A stretch of DNA of 64,000 nt from Macrostomum lignano (lineage: Eukaryota): NCBI GenBank assembly GCA_002269645.1, contig NIVC01002670.1, forward strand, positions 62,001-126,000. Direction: 5' to 3'. This document shows positions 12,301-24,156 of this stretch, one piece after another; within the stretch, counting starts at the first letter, position 1, and each line of letters opens with the position of its first letter. The position numbers and the translations under genes are program-made. Below the pieces are notes generated by a model. It was not told the origin of the DNA. It saw only the letters and a list, made by a program, of their open reading frames with translations, and did not search any database.

Positions 12301-15300
12301 CGGTGGCGGCCTCGGCGGCGGCCAGCTCCACAGCTGCCAGCCGGTGCTGCAGTTCGGCGCGCAGCTCCTCGATTCGCGCCTCGGCCGCCTGTTCAGCCGA
12401 GCGCTGATTGGCCGCGCTGTCATCCTGCAGCTGCCGGCGGAGCTGCTGGAGCTCCGCGTCTTTCCTGGGAGAGGATGGGCGGGCTTTTGAAATCCTATCT
12501 GGGGGATAATTGGGTTCAGAATCCCATCTGTGGATTATAGGGTTCGAAATCGCATCTGGAGGATTATAGGGCTCAGAATCCTATCTGGGGGATTATAGGG
12601 TTCAGAATCCCATCTGGGGAATTATAGGGCTCAGAATCCCATCTGGGGGATTATAGGGTTCATAATCCCATCTGGGGGATTATAGCTGGGTTCAGAATCC
12701 CATCTGGGGATTGTAAGGTTCGAAATCGCATCTAGAGGATTATAGGGCTCAGAATCCCATCTGGGGGATTATAGGGTTCAAAATCCCATCTAGGGATTAT
12801 TGGGTTCAGAATCCCATCTGGGGGATTATAGCTGGGTTCAGAATCCCATCTGGGGATTATAGGGCTCGAAATCGCATCTGGGGGATTATAGGGCTCAGAA
12901 TTCCATCTCAGAATCCCATCTGGGGATTATAGGGTTCAGAATCCCATCTGGGGATTATAGGGTTCAGAATCCCATCTGGGGGATTATAGGGTTCAGAATC
13001 CCATCTAGGGATTATAGGGTTCAGAATCCCATCTGGGAGATTATAGGGTTCAGAATCCCATCTGGGGATTATAGGGTTCAGAATCCTATCTGGGGGATTA
13101 AGTTTCAAAATCGTATCTGTGGATTACTGTGGTAGATTCCCTACAGACTCAATACCAATAGGCAGTCAAACACTGAGAGTCTCACTGCTGCCGCAGCTCC
13201 TGCAGTTTGGTCTCCATATCGGTGGCCAGAGATTTGCGCAGCTCCTGCAGTTTTCTAGCCGACTCGATGCCAGCATCTTCTAATCGGGTCTGCAGCTCTG
13301 CGCTGGCCTGCTTCAGCTCTTGAACCTGCTGACGGTGCCTGCATGTCGTTGTTTAAATATTTCGGGTTTTTTCCAGTTTCTTAGAAAGTGGATTCATCCT
13401 CAGCGCAGAAATCGCATGAGAAAATGTCTCACTTTTGACTGGCATTCTTAGCTCTGAGCTCGATGGCCTGTTTCTCCTCGGTTAGGGCTTTCACGGCTCG
13501 CTCGGACTCGCTAAATTGATGGGTTGAAATTACATAAGACTAATTAAATAAAATAAGAAACTAATAAAATAAAATAACGCTTACTCTGCCTTAGCTTGCA
13601 ACTCAGAGCGCAGCGATTCAATCTCTTTGTCGCGACTGAAAGCGGCAGTTTAAAAATAGACACAAGTATAACAGAGGCGACACTTTATTAACTATAGTAA
13701 ATGGATAACTATCGTATGAACTACCGTTTGATTTCACTGTCAGCCTTTTGTTGGCTGCTCTGCTTTTCCGACATCAGATTCTTCAGGGCTTCATCAGCGG
13801 ACCTGCAATATTTTGAACATTTACGCCGCATGAAGGCTGAAGTTTGTTGAATAGCCAAGTTTTGCTGCGTAGCAAAGTAAGAATAGATGCGGGAGGGAGT
13901 CTGGGTGAGAGGTGGGGGAAGGAGGGTGACAGGTGAGAGAGAAGGAAAGGCAGATATAGAGTGGGAGAGGAAAGCTCCTTTCGAGGAGAGGGAGACGGGG
14001 AGGTGAGAAGAAGAGAGAAGGAGAGAAAGAGGGGAGACGTAGAGGGAGGGGAAGGAGAGAGAGAGGGAGAAGAGAGGAAGGGGAGTGGGAGAGGTAGATG
14101 GAGAGGGAGGAGGGGTAGAGGTAAAGGAATAGGGAGGGGAGAGGGAGTGAGAGGGTGAGAGGTAGGAGGAGAGGTAGAGGGAGGGTGAGAGGTAGGTGGA
14201 GAGGGAGGAGGAGAGGTAGAGGGAGGGTGAGAGGTAGATGGAGAGGGAGGAGGAGAGGTAGAGGGAGGGTGAGAGGTAGATGGAGAGATAGGAGGAGAGG
14301 TAGAGGGAGGGTGAGAGGTAGATGGAGAGGGAGGAGGAGAGGTAGAGGGAGGGTGAGAGGTAGATGAGAGGTAGGAGGAGAGGTAGAGGGAGGGTGAGAG
14401 GTAGATGGAGAGGGAGGAGGGGTAGAGGTAAAGGAATAGGGAGGGGAGAGGCAGAGGGAGGGTGAGAGGTAGATGGAGAGGGAGGAGGAGAGGTAGGGGA
14501 GGGTGAGAGGTAGATGGAGAGGGGGGAGGGTGAGAGGTAGATGGAGAGGGAGGAGGGGTAGAGGTAAAGGAATAGGGAGGGGAGAGGCAGAGGGAGAGGG
14601 AGTGGGAGGGTGAGAGGTAGATGGAGAGATAGGAGGAGAGGTAGAGGGGGAGGGGATGATGGAGCAGAAGAATCGAAAGGACAGAAGAGAGGTAAGAAGC
14701 GAGGTGGACAGTGCAGCATGGCAGCGCAGCATGTCAGTGCAGCACTTCTCTTACCCAGACTTGGATTGCAACTCAGTGGTGAGCGATTCGATTTGTTCCT
14801 CTTTCCTGCAAATAAACAGCGCACAAAGATTTCCGATTAGCTAAAATAAAAGAAAGTCAGTGAAATTTATCTACTCATCAAACCTTTGAATTTCTTCGTC
14901 GGCGATTCTCTCCGACTCAAGCTTCTCAGCGGCCAGTTGTTTCAGGGACTGCTCGGCGGCGCTGTAAAATAGGGCGATGAAAGTAATTAAAGCTTACCTT
15001 CAATAATAATTAGGCATGCAATAAAAATAATCCTTCTGTACACTTCAATGAAATCCGCACTCACTCGAGCTTGGCCAGCAGCTTTTGTTTCAACTTTTCG
15101 ATCGCTTGGTCTTTTCTGAAAAGAAAAAAGTACACGAAAAACTTTGATTGCTTGCATTAGTGAGAACATTTTTAAGAAAGCATAAAGCCACGTCGCATCA
15201 AACAGACTTATCACTGGTTTCTTTGAGCCGCTTCTCTAACGCTTGCTTCTCGTCAGAAAGTGTTTTCAAGGCTTTGTCAGCAGAGCTGAAATATAAGTAG

Positions 15301-18300
15301 GGTAATTTTATATAATAAAGCCCCGATACTAGTGTCTTCACAAGTGGCGCTAAAACTGGTGTCTTCACAAGTGGCGCTAAAACTGATGTCTTCACAAGTG
15401 GCGCTATAACTGGTGTCTTCACAAGTGGCGCTAAAACTAGTGTCTTCAAGTGGCGCTAAAACTAGTGTCTTCAAGTGGCGCTAAAACTAGTGTCTTCAAG
15501 TGGCGCTAAAACTAGTGTCTTCAAGTGGCGCCAAAACTAGTGTCTTCAAGTGGCGCTAAAACTAGTGTCTTCAAGTGGCGCCAAAACTAGTGTCTTCAAG
15601 TGGCGCCAAAACTAGTGTCTTCAAGTGGCGCTAAAACTAGTGCCTTAAACTCTTTAAGCAGTACTTACTCAGACTTCGATTTGAACTCCGCTCTAAGCGC
15701 CTCAATAGTCTGTTGTGCACTGAAAAGGAGGTCGAACTGAAACCAATGTAAAATTAGCATAATCAAAATTGAAAAGTTGAAATTCCAAAAAAGCCAGTCG
15801 GTACCGCTGTTTCTCAGCCTCGGCTGCAGATTCAATCGATTGCTTGCTCTCAGTCAGACTGCTTAGAGCATGTTCGGCTGAGCTGAAATGAAAAGATGAT
15901 ATCAATTTGAAATGCATTGTTTTAAGTAAGTTAATAAATATACTAATAGTTACACTGTACTCATTCATGCTCACTTTAATTTCGATTGCAGCTCAGCATT
16001 TTTCTTCGCCAACTCCTGGTCACGTCTGCAATATTAAAGTGATTATTTTCTCATAAAACTAAGCGTGAACAGATAAAAGAAAATTCAATATCACGGTTTC
16101 AAAACAGTACTTTGTAGAATCCTCTTGTAATTTCTCTAGTGCCAGTCGCTCAGTGGCCAGACTCCGTTGCGCTTCATCTGCGCAGCTGAAAGTAAATTAG
16201 TTTATTAATTTTTACATCGGCATGTAGCTATGCATAGCAATTTTAGATATATTTAGATAGCTTGAAATTGAGTGGATCACGGGTAGGGGAAACTTGGAGA
16301 GATTAGATCACAGGTAGGAGATACCTGGAGAGATTAGATCACAGGTAGGAGATACCTGGAGAGATTAGATCACAGGTAAGGAATACATAGAAAGATTAGT
16401 TCACAGGTAGGGATTCCTGGAGAGATTAGATCACAGTTAGGAGATACCTGGAGAGATTAGATCACAGGTAAGGAATACATAGAAAGATTAGTTCACAGGT
16501 AGGGATTCCTGGAGAGATTAGATCACAGGTAGGAGATACCTGGAGAGATTAGATCACAGGTAAGGAATACATAGAAAGATTAGTTCACAGGTAGGGATTC
16601 CTGGAGAGATTAGATCACAGTTAGGAGATACCTGGAGAGATTAGATCACAGGTAAGGAATACATAGAAAGATTAGTTCACAGGTAGGGATTCCTGGAGAG
16701 ATTAGATCACAGTTAGGAGATACCTGGAGAGATTAGATCACATGTAAGGAATACATAAAAAGATTAGATCACAGGTAGGGATTCCTGGAGAGATTAGATC
16801 ACAGGTAGGGGACACCTGGGAGTGAGTGGATCAGGTGGGGCACAAGTAAAATTATTGAAAAAGTTTGGCATGCTATTGAATATTGTTGAGTCCTACTTTG
16901 ATTTCAACTGTAGATCCGCTCTAACAGCATGCAATTGTTCGTGATGTCTGAAAAAAAAACAAGATAAAAATGAACAGCATAGTTGATCAAGTAGGCTTAG
17001 GCTTAACTATCTCCCCAACTGACACCGCGACTTGCCTCTGCCGCTCGTCCGCCAGAGAGCACTCAAGCGACTGTTTCTGTTCGGTTAAGCACTGGATCTC
17101 CTGTGCGGCAGTACTAAAATTAGCATAACTTAACTATGAAAAAGATTATAGCGATGTGAAGTGTACACAATTTACTAAGGTTTTTGGCTGAACTCACTCT
17201 GAAGAGGACTGAATCTCGGCCTTAAGGGTAACAATAATTTGATCCTTTCTAAAAATGTGTTTTAGTTTGCGGGTGCGAGAAATAACAATAACAGTGAGTG
17301 TGGGTGTGAAAGACTGCCGGTGAAAGAGTGACAGTGAGTGTGGGTGTGAAAGACTGCCAGTGAAAGAGTGACAGTGAGTGTGAAAGAGTGACAGTGAGTG
17401 TGAGTGTGAAAGACTGCCGGTGAAAGAGTGACAGTGAGTGTGGGTGTGAAAGACTGCCGGTGAAAGAGTGACAGTGAGTGTGAAAGAGTGACAGTGAGTG
17501 TGGGTGTGGAAGACTGCCAGTGAAAGAGTGACAGTGAGTGTGGGTGTGAAAGAGTGACAGTGAGTGTGGGTGTGAAAGACTGCCGGTGAAAGAGTGACAG
17601 TGAGTGTGGGTGTGAAAGAGTGACAGTGAGTGTGGGTGTGGAAGAGTGACAGTGAGTGTGGGTGTGAAAGAGTGACAGTGAGTGTGGGTGTGAAAGACTG
17701 CCGGTGAAAGAGTGACAGTGAGTGTGGGTGTGAAAGACTGCCAGTGAAAGAGTGACAGTGAGTGTGGGTGTGAAAGACTGCCAGTGAAAGAGTGACAGTG
17801 AGTGTGGGTGTGAAAGACTGCCGGTGAAAGAGTGACAGTGAGTGTGGGTGTGAAAGACTGCCGGTGAAAGAGTGACAGTGAGTGTGGGTGTGAAAGACTG
17901 CCAGTGAAAGAGTGACAGTGAGTGTGGGTGTGAAAGACTGCCAGTGAAAGGCCAGTGAAAGAGTGACAGTGAGTGTGGGTGTGAAAGACTGCCAGTGAAA
18001 GAGTGACAGTGAGTGTGGGTGTGAAAGACTGCCAGTGAAAGAGTGACAGTGAGTGTGGGTGTGAAAGAGTGACAGTGAGTGTGGGTGTGAAAGAGTGACA
18101 GTGAGTGTGGGTGTGAAAGACTGCCGGTGAAAGAGTGACAGTGAGTGTGGGTGTGGAAGACTGCCAGTGAAAGAGTGACAGTGAGTGTGGGTGTGAAAGA
18201 CTGCCGGTGAAAGAGTGACAGTGAGTGTGGGTGTGGAAGACTGCCAGTGAAAGAGTGACAGTGAGTGTGGGTGTGAAAGACTGCCAGTGAAAGAGTGACA

Positions 18301-20941
18301 GTGAGTGTGGGTGTGAAAGAGTGACAGTGAGTGTGGGTGTGAAAGAGTGACAGTGAGTGTGGGTGTGAAAGAGTGACAGTGAGTGTGGGTGTGAAAGAGT
18401 GACAGTGAGTGTGGGTGTGAAAGAGTGACAGTGAGTGTGGGTGTGAAAGAGTGACAGTGAGTGTGGGTGTGAAAGACTGCCGGTGAAAGAGTGACAGTGA
18501 GTGTGGGTGTGAAAGAGTGACAGTGAGTGTGGGTGTGGAAGACTGCGGGTGAAAGAGTGACAGTGACTGTGAATGCGAGAGTGAATATACAACACACAGC
18601 AGGAGTAGAAATACACCGCCATAGCTCACTCAATCAGTTTTTCATTCAACTCGGCCAAAGCGGCTGCGGCAGCTTTAGATTCATCATCCGCCTTATCCTG
18701 TTTATCAGTAGCGTCCAGCTTCACTCCCGTCCTGATGAAGTCACTAGTCAGATCGGGCGGTATCTCAATGTCAGCGAAACTTGCCAACCCGTTGCTGGTA
18801 GCAGCGGCTGACTCGGCAGTGTTGGACTAGGAGATATTGCAGGGAAGGCCGGCCAGTTACTATAGTTACTACATGTATATGCCTGGCATTACTGAATAGT
18901 CAATAGTCTAGGTCTGAAGGCTAATTTAACCCATCGGCTGTCTTTAAAGAGTTAAGTGTAGTGACACTGTAGTGTCAGTGTCACTGTAGTGTCACACGCT
19001 GTGATCTCTATCTTCTCTCTCTCTCTGCCCTGACGAAGAGTAAGTAACTGGAAATATCGAGAACTGTAACTTTATAGACTTTTATTAGTCTTTTTACCGT
19101 GTCAGAGTCTAAGATTGGAGGTGCCCTCCTCCCCCCTCTCTCTAACTTGCTTTCCCTTTTTCTGTCAATGCCTATGTCTATGGGCAAGACCAAATCTACT
19201 GCCAGCAAATGGGAAGTCTCAACTTGGCTGACAAAAGCAATACTTGAAAACACATGGATTGCTAATCTGAGCATGCTATTGCCATACACAAAATACCTCA
19301 GCCAAGTCCTGAACCTGCTGCAGCAGCTCCGCTCTAAGCTGCTCAATAGTGTCGCACAATGCGCGCTCCTTCTGGCTGAATTCTTCTACTAAGACTTGCT
19401 TCTCTTGGCTGGCCGCTGTCAGTTGCTCGTCAAGCTGCTGAGCCACTGGATAAAAATCAACCAAGAAGCAATATAAATAAACAATAAACAATTGGACAAT
19501 ATAAATAAAAAAGTTTTAAAAAAGCAACAAATGACAGACTTAATAAAAGACTTACTCAGAGTTTTACTTTCATTAGAAGCCATCAATTGCTGTTCAAGCA
19601 AGAATATCTCCTCTGAGGCCTGGGGTAGGTTTTATTAATTATAAAATTGAGTTCACAAATTATATCACATTAATGTAGTTGTCAGCAAGGCACTCACGTG
19701 ACTGTTGTTGGCCGCAGCGGATCCCGCGCTGGCCAGCCGCTGGTTGAGCTCCGCATTCTCCAATCGCAACTGTTGGACAGTCTTAACTAGTTCGGCCACG
19801 CTCTCTGCTTTGTTGGCCTGCTGCTGGTTCAGTGTGCGGTCGAACCTGCATTAGCGTCAGAAGCATTGATTCGTTGGTGAAATAGGTAAGCCTCTTCTGT
19901 GTGTAAATGTTGAAATCCACTGTTTTTAACTCCTACCCCCAGCGACACTAACCTCACACCCCACTGTTATATTCCTACCCCCTGCGACACACCTCACGCC
20001 CCAGTGTCCTTTCCTATCCTTTGCGAGACACCCACCTCACGCCCACTGTTATATTCCTACCCCCTGCGAGGCACCTCACGCCCCAGTGTTCTTTCCTATC
20101 CTTTGCGAGACACCCACCTCACGCCCCAGTGTTATATTCTTACCCCCTGCGAGACACCCACCTCACGCCCCAGTGTTATATTCCTACCCCCTGCGAGACA
20201 CCCACCTCACGCCCCAGTGTTATATTCCTACCCCCTGCGAGACACCCACCTCACGCCCCAGTGTTATATTCCTACCCCCTGCGAGACACACACCTCACGC
20301 CCCAGTGTTATATTCCTACCCCCTGCGAGACACACACCTCACGCCCCAGTGTTATATTCCTACCCCTGCGAGACACCCACCTCACGCCCCAGTGTTATAT
20401 TCCTACCCCCTGCGAGACACCCACCTCACGCCCCAGTGTTATATTCCTACCCCTGCGAGACACCCACCTCACGCCCCAGTGTTATATTCCTACCCCCTGC
20501 GAGGCACTCACCTCACGCCCCCAGTGTTATATTCCTACACCCCTGCGAGGCACCGCCACGCTTTATTATTGAATTCAACAGACATTTTTAGCCTTAGACA
20601 GAATGCAAAAGCTACAAAAGCTTCTACTAACATAACGTTAGCCTCGGCAGTGACCAACGCCGGCACAGAATTTCCAATTGCAGCAGTTGAAGGCGAAGCG
20701 GTAACGGCTGGCTGTTCCGGCTCGCCAGCCGAATGCGCGGCGGCAAAGTGATGTGTGAGAGCCTCGGCCGTGCCGAACTTAATTATACAGGTGGGACAGA
20801 CAAATCCTTCAACCTGCGACGACACGGTGCTGGCCCCGAGGAGTTGCCGGAGGCCCTCTGCGCGCCAGCATCGTTGCCGGCGGAACTGCCACTTCCGGCC
20901 TGCGATTTAGGCTTGGCCTTTTTTAACAAGTTGGACAGCAT
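6391..20941 (-). CDS. EEA1: Early endosome antigen 1-like tether (N-terminal C2H2 finger, long coiled coil, C-terminal FYVE), about 30 exons
   Basis: ATG at 20941 (MLSNLLKK...). C2H2 finger [43 protein letters not shown]...LRR|[15 protein letters not shown]...VRVCARC is split by a GT-AG intron (exon ends 6822, next exon 6549-6391, TAG). The intervening exons encode coiled coil in consistent phase. There is one 1-bp frameshift near 20835. Confidence 0.9.
7186..7305. repeat. Intronic 39-bp tandem repeat (about 3 copies)
   Basis: cagctcagagctgctgcccaatcacagcagggcgaactg units. Confidence 0.9.
7862..8067. repeat. Intronic 42-bp tandem repeat (about 5 copies)
   Basis: tgaccaatcagagagaagctaaagggaagcctcattaatcac units. 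Confidence 0.9.
8230..9240 (-). repeat. Coding 63-nt (21-aa) tandem repeats inside EEA1 exon 9408-8113
   Basis: About 6 x [21 protein letters not shown] and 7 x [21 protein letters not shown]. Confidence 0.95.
10232..10413. repeat. Intronic 23-bp tandem repeat filling almost the whole intron
   Basis: tgagatccttgagtctcactata units. Confidence 0.9.
11824..12070. repeat. Intronic about 23-bp tandem repeat
   Basis: aagacaatgggatttggggatct units. Confidence 0.9.
12490..13100. repeat. Intronic 28-29-bp tandem repeat
   Basis: agaatcccatctggggattatagggttc units. Confidence 0.95.
13900..14660. repeat. Intronic polypurine (G/A) tract with about 42-bp subrepeats
   Basis: Nearly pure G/A with gagggagggtgagaggtagatggagagggaggaggagaggta units. 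Source of the spurious Pro/Ser/Leu ORFs. Confidence 0.9.
15328..15645. repeat. Intronic 25-28-bp tandem repeat
   Basis: aagtggcgctaaaactagtgtcttc units. Confidence 0.9.
16290..16820. repeat. Intronic 31-bp tandem repeat with two alternating variants
   Basis: ggagagattagatcacaggtaggagatacct and agaaagattagttcacaggtagggattcct variants. Confidence 0.9.
17293..18570. repeat. Intronic composite minisatellite (26-bp + 14-bp units)
   Basis: agagtgacagtgagtgtgggtgtgaa mixed with agactgcc(a/g)gtgaa. Confidence 0.95.
19935..20550. repeat. Intronic 43-44-bp tandem repeat
   Basis: tgcgagacacccacctcacgccccagtgttatattcctaccccc units. Confidence 0.95.
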
Positions 20942-21119
20942 TTCCGGCGGCAATGGTGCGAGTTCGGGTGGGGAATTGGGCGAGCCAGAGTTAGAGTGCG
21001 AGTGGCATGCATTGAATAAATGGAGAAAACAAAAGTTTTGCTTATTCAAATAGCTATTTACTGAAAAGCCTATTTGTTACGGTTGAAGGGATTGATGCAA
21101 GGCTTATCACACCTGGGTG

Positions 21120-21450
21120 CTAGATGGGACAGGAGTGCTAGATGAGGAAGCTCAATAGGGGTGCTATATGAGGGAGGACAGGGGTGCTAGATGGGGACAG
21201 GGGGTGCTAGTTGGGGACAGGGGTGCTAGTTGAGGACAGGGGGTGCTAGATGAGGACAGGGGGTGCTAGTTGGGGACAGGGGGTGCTAGATAGGGACAGG
21301 GGGTGCTAGATGGGGACAGGGGGTGCTAGATGGGGACAGGGTGCTAGATGGGGACAGGGTGCTAGATGGGGACAGGGGGTGCTAGATGGGGACAGAGGTG
21401 CTAGATGGGGACAGGGGTGCTAGGGTGCTAGATGGGGACAGGGGTGCTAG
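21120..21450. repeat. About 19-21-bp G-rich tandem repeat
   Basis: gggacagggggtgctagatg units. Confidence 0.9.
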
Positions 21451-22315
21451 AGTGCTAGGTAAAATTTGAGTTTCCAAGTTCAGCGAAGGTCAGTGAGAAG
21501 TTCAGCCTGGTTAGTTTTATGGCTAAAGCCCACACCATAGCATTCTGAATAGCAAAATGCACAAATAAGCATTGGCAAGAAAGTACATTTAGGCTACAAT
21601 ATAGTTCCGGATAACTCGGATTTATTTGCAAGACCTTGCTGCACATTTTATTACAACAATGAAACGCTACGGTTCTGATAAGAACAAGGACTGTCCATCG
21701 ATAAGGATTAGAGGTTCTGCGCTAGAATTACAATTCCATAAAGTTTAACAGCCTAAGTACAAGACAGCTGATTGCGTAATCAATTAGCAATTCTTACTCC
21801 ACTACAGAGCACGAAAAGGAACTACTCAAATAGCAGAGCAAACAATAATTCCAATTCCCACTCGCAGTCCATTTTTGACAGCAATATTGTTTTTGAGCAT
21901 AGAAAACTTTACATTAAACAGATTTCTATTTGCAACAAAATTTTATAACCAACAACTTTCCAACGTTTTCCAACAACCCAAAGTGTCCTGACCTATTTTA
22001 AGTGGTTGCTTGATTTAATCATTTGTATGAAAGCAGATATTTGCACTCATATTGCTCAAACATACAGCGAAATTAACAGAAAAAATAAAATGAGAGACAG
22101 ACAGGCGGAATGAGCTGGAAGTTCTGCGCGTTCCACTGCTCACCTGGGAGACCTTTATATTCAACAAAAACGCTAGCGATATGTTTTGCAGTGATAACAG
22201 CGGGACTCGCATTGCAACAATAGCCTATTCAACTAATAACTTTATAAAGCATACAACGCGTAAAGTTACAGGCCAACGCCAAGTTTCTAAATCTGGCATT
22301 TCAAGTTTTCAACTG

Positions 22316-22658
22316 ATCAGGACAGGGATTGGAGATGCTGATCAGGACAGGGATTGGAGATGCTGATCAGGACAGGGATTGGAGATGCTGATCAGGACAG
22401 GGATTGGAGATGCTGATCAGGACAGGGATTGGAGATGCTGATCAGGACAGGGATTGGAGATGCTGATCAGGACAGGGATTGGAGATGCTGATCAGGACAG
22501 GGATTGGAGATGCTGATCAGGACAGGGATTGGAGATGCTGATCAGGACAGGGATCAGAGATGCTGATCAGGACAGGGATTGGAGATGCTGATCAGGACAG
22601 GGATTGGAGATGCTGATCAGGACAGGGATTGGAGATGCTGATCAGAACAGGGATTGGG
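22316..22658. repeat. 25-bp tandem repeat
   Basis: caggacagggattggagatgctgat units. Confidence 0.95.
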
Positions 22659-23409
22659 GCTGCATACGGACCAAAGGGTTGACAGCGCATTAAATAATTA
22701 AGTCAGCACAGCAGCAAGCAAACATAAAGCGCAAAAGCAATATTTAGCAAAACATCATGGAATAACACAGTTAAGATTGGTGTGTGCAAACATACTCATT
22801 TGTAACTAATAGAGTACGGATTGATGATGAGTTCCAGTTGACTGCGCACGCGCACAGTCGGACAACAAAATCTAACAATACTACTAGTAGTAGTACAATA
22901 GAAAAAGCGATTTCAGAAAGCCACAATTTCCTAGGCTTCCAGCAAACAAGTGAGCCCTAGATAACAAAGGACAAAATGAAGAATGTTTAGATTGTTACAT
23001 TATCAAGGGCAGCAATTGGTGTAGATCAATATGCATAAACATATTATCATTATTAAATATTTATTTATTTCTGAGTAAAATAATACAATAAATAAAAATA
23101 AAATACGCAGATACACAAAACTAAAAAAACAACGCACAAGAACTAAACGAACAAATAAAAGAATGCATTAACTGCACACTGGGCAATCCAGGGCTCACGC
23201 ACTATAGATATAGAATACGGGTTTATATTTTTCCAAATACGATATACGCTCTATATTTATGTACTCGTAGGGGAGCGAAAAAAACAGTGACCGTTAAATT
23301 AACAAAGCTGGTGTGATCTTGATACTGGGCTGCATTGATTTTTTTCTGTCTCACTGAAGGACACGCTGAAGAGAGAGAAAGACAGAATTCCAGTTGGGAA
23401 GTGAGGACG

Positions 23410-24000
23410 GGATATAATCCCACTGAGGAACTGGATTGGGATATAATCCCACTGAGGAACTAGAAGGGGATATAATCCCACTGAGGAACTAGAAGGGGAT
23501 ATAATCCCACTGAGGAACTGGATTGGGATATAATCCCACTGAGGAACTGGATTGTGATATAATCCCACTGAGGAACTGGATTGGGATATAATCCCACTGA
23601 GGAACTGGATTGGGATATAATCCCACTGAGGAACTAGAAGGGGGTAGAATCCCACTGAGGAACTAGAAGGGGATATAATCCCACTGAGGAACTAGAAGGG
23701 GATATAATCCCACTGAGGAACTGGATTGGGATATAATCCCACTGAGGAACTGGATTGTGATATAATCCCACTGAGGAACTAGAAGGGGATATAATCCCAC
23801 TGAGGAACTAGAAGGGGTAGAATCCCACTGAGGAACTAGAAGGGGATATAATCCCACTGAGGAACTAGAAGGGGATATAATCCCACTGAGGAACTAGAAG
23901 GGGATATAATCCCACTGAGGAACTAGGAGCGATGGAATCTTACGGAGGGACTAAAAGAGGATAGAATCCCACTGAGGAACTGGAAAGGGGATAGAATCCC
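23410..24000. repeat. 29-bp tandem repeat
   Basis: gggatataatcccactgaggaactagaag / ...ggatt units. Confidence 0.95.
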
Positions 24001-24156
24001 ATTAAAGGTATCTGTGGAAGTGTCAGAAAAAATACACATAAGGAGACTTAAGGATATTTTTACATTTAAAAACGACATGTAACAATTTAAAAAAAACGCA
24101 CAGTTAAAAATCGATGCAAAGTTTAAAAAATATACAGCTAATGAGCTTAGGGAACA

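Noticed and set aside
13721-14824. 300-370 aa Pro/Ser/Leu ORFs
   Set aside because: Low-complexity polypurine intron. The true exons are the short flanking modules.
17194-18633. Three 455-479 aa His/Thr/Ser-rich ORFs
   Set aside because: Translation of the intronic 26/14-bp minisatellite. Only the 51-nt exon at 17248-17198 is coding.
22316-24000. Regular repeat arrays that might be CRISPR-like
   Set aside because: The units are head-to-tail with no unique spacers, there are no cas genes, and the context is eukaryotic.
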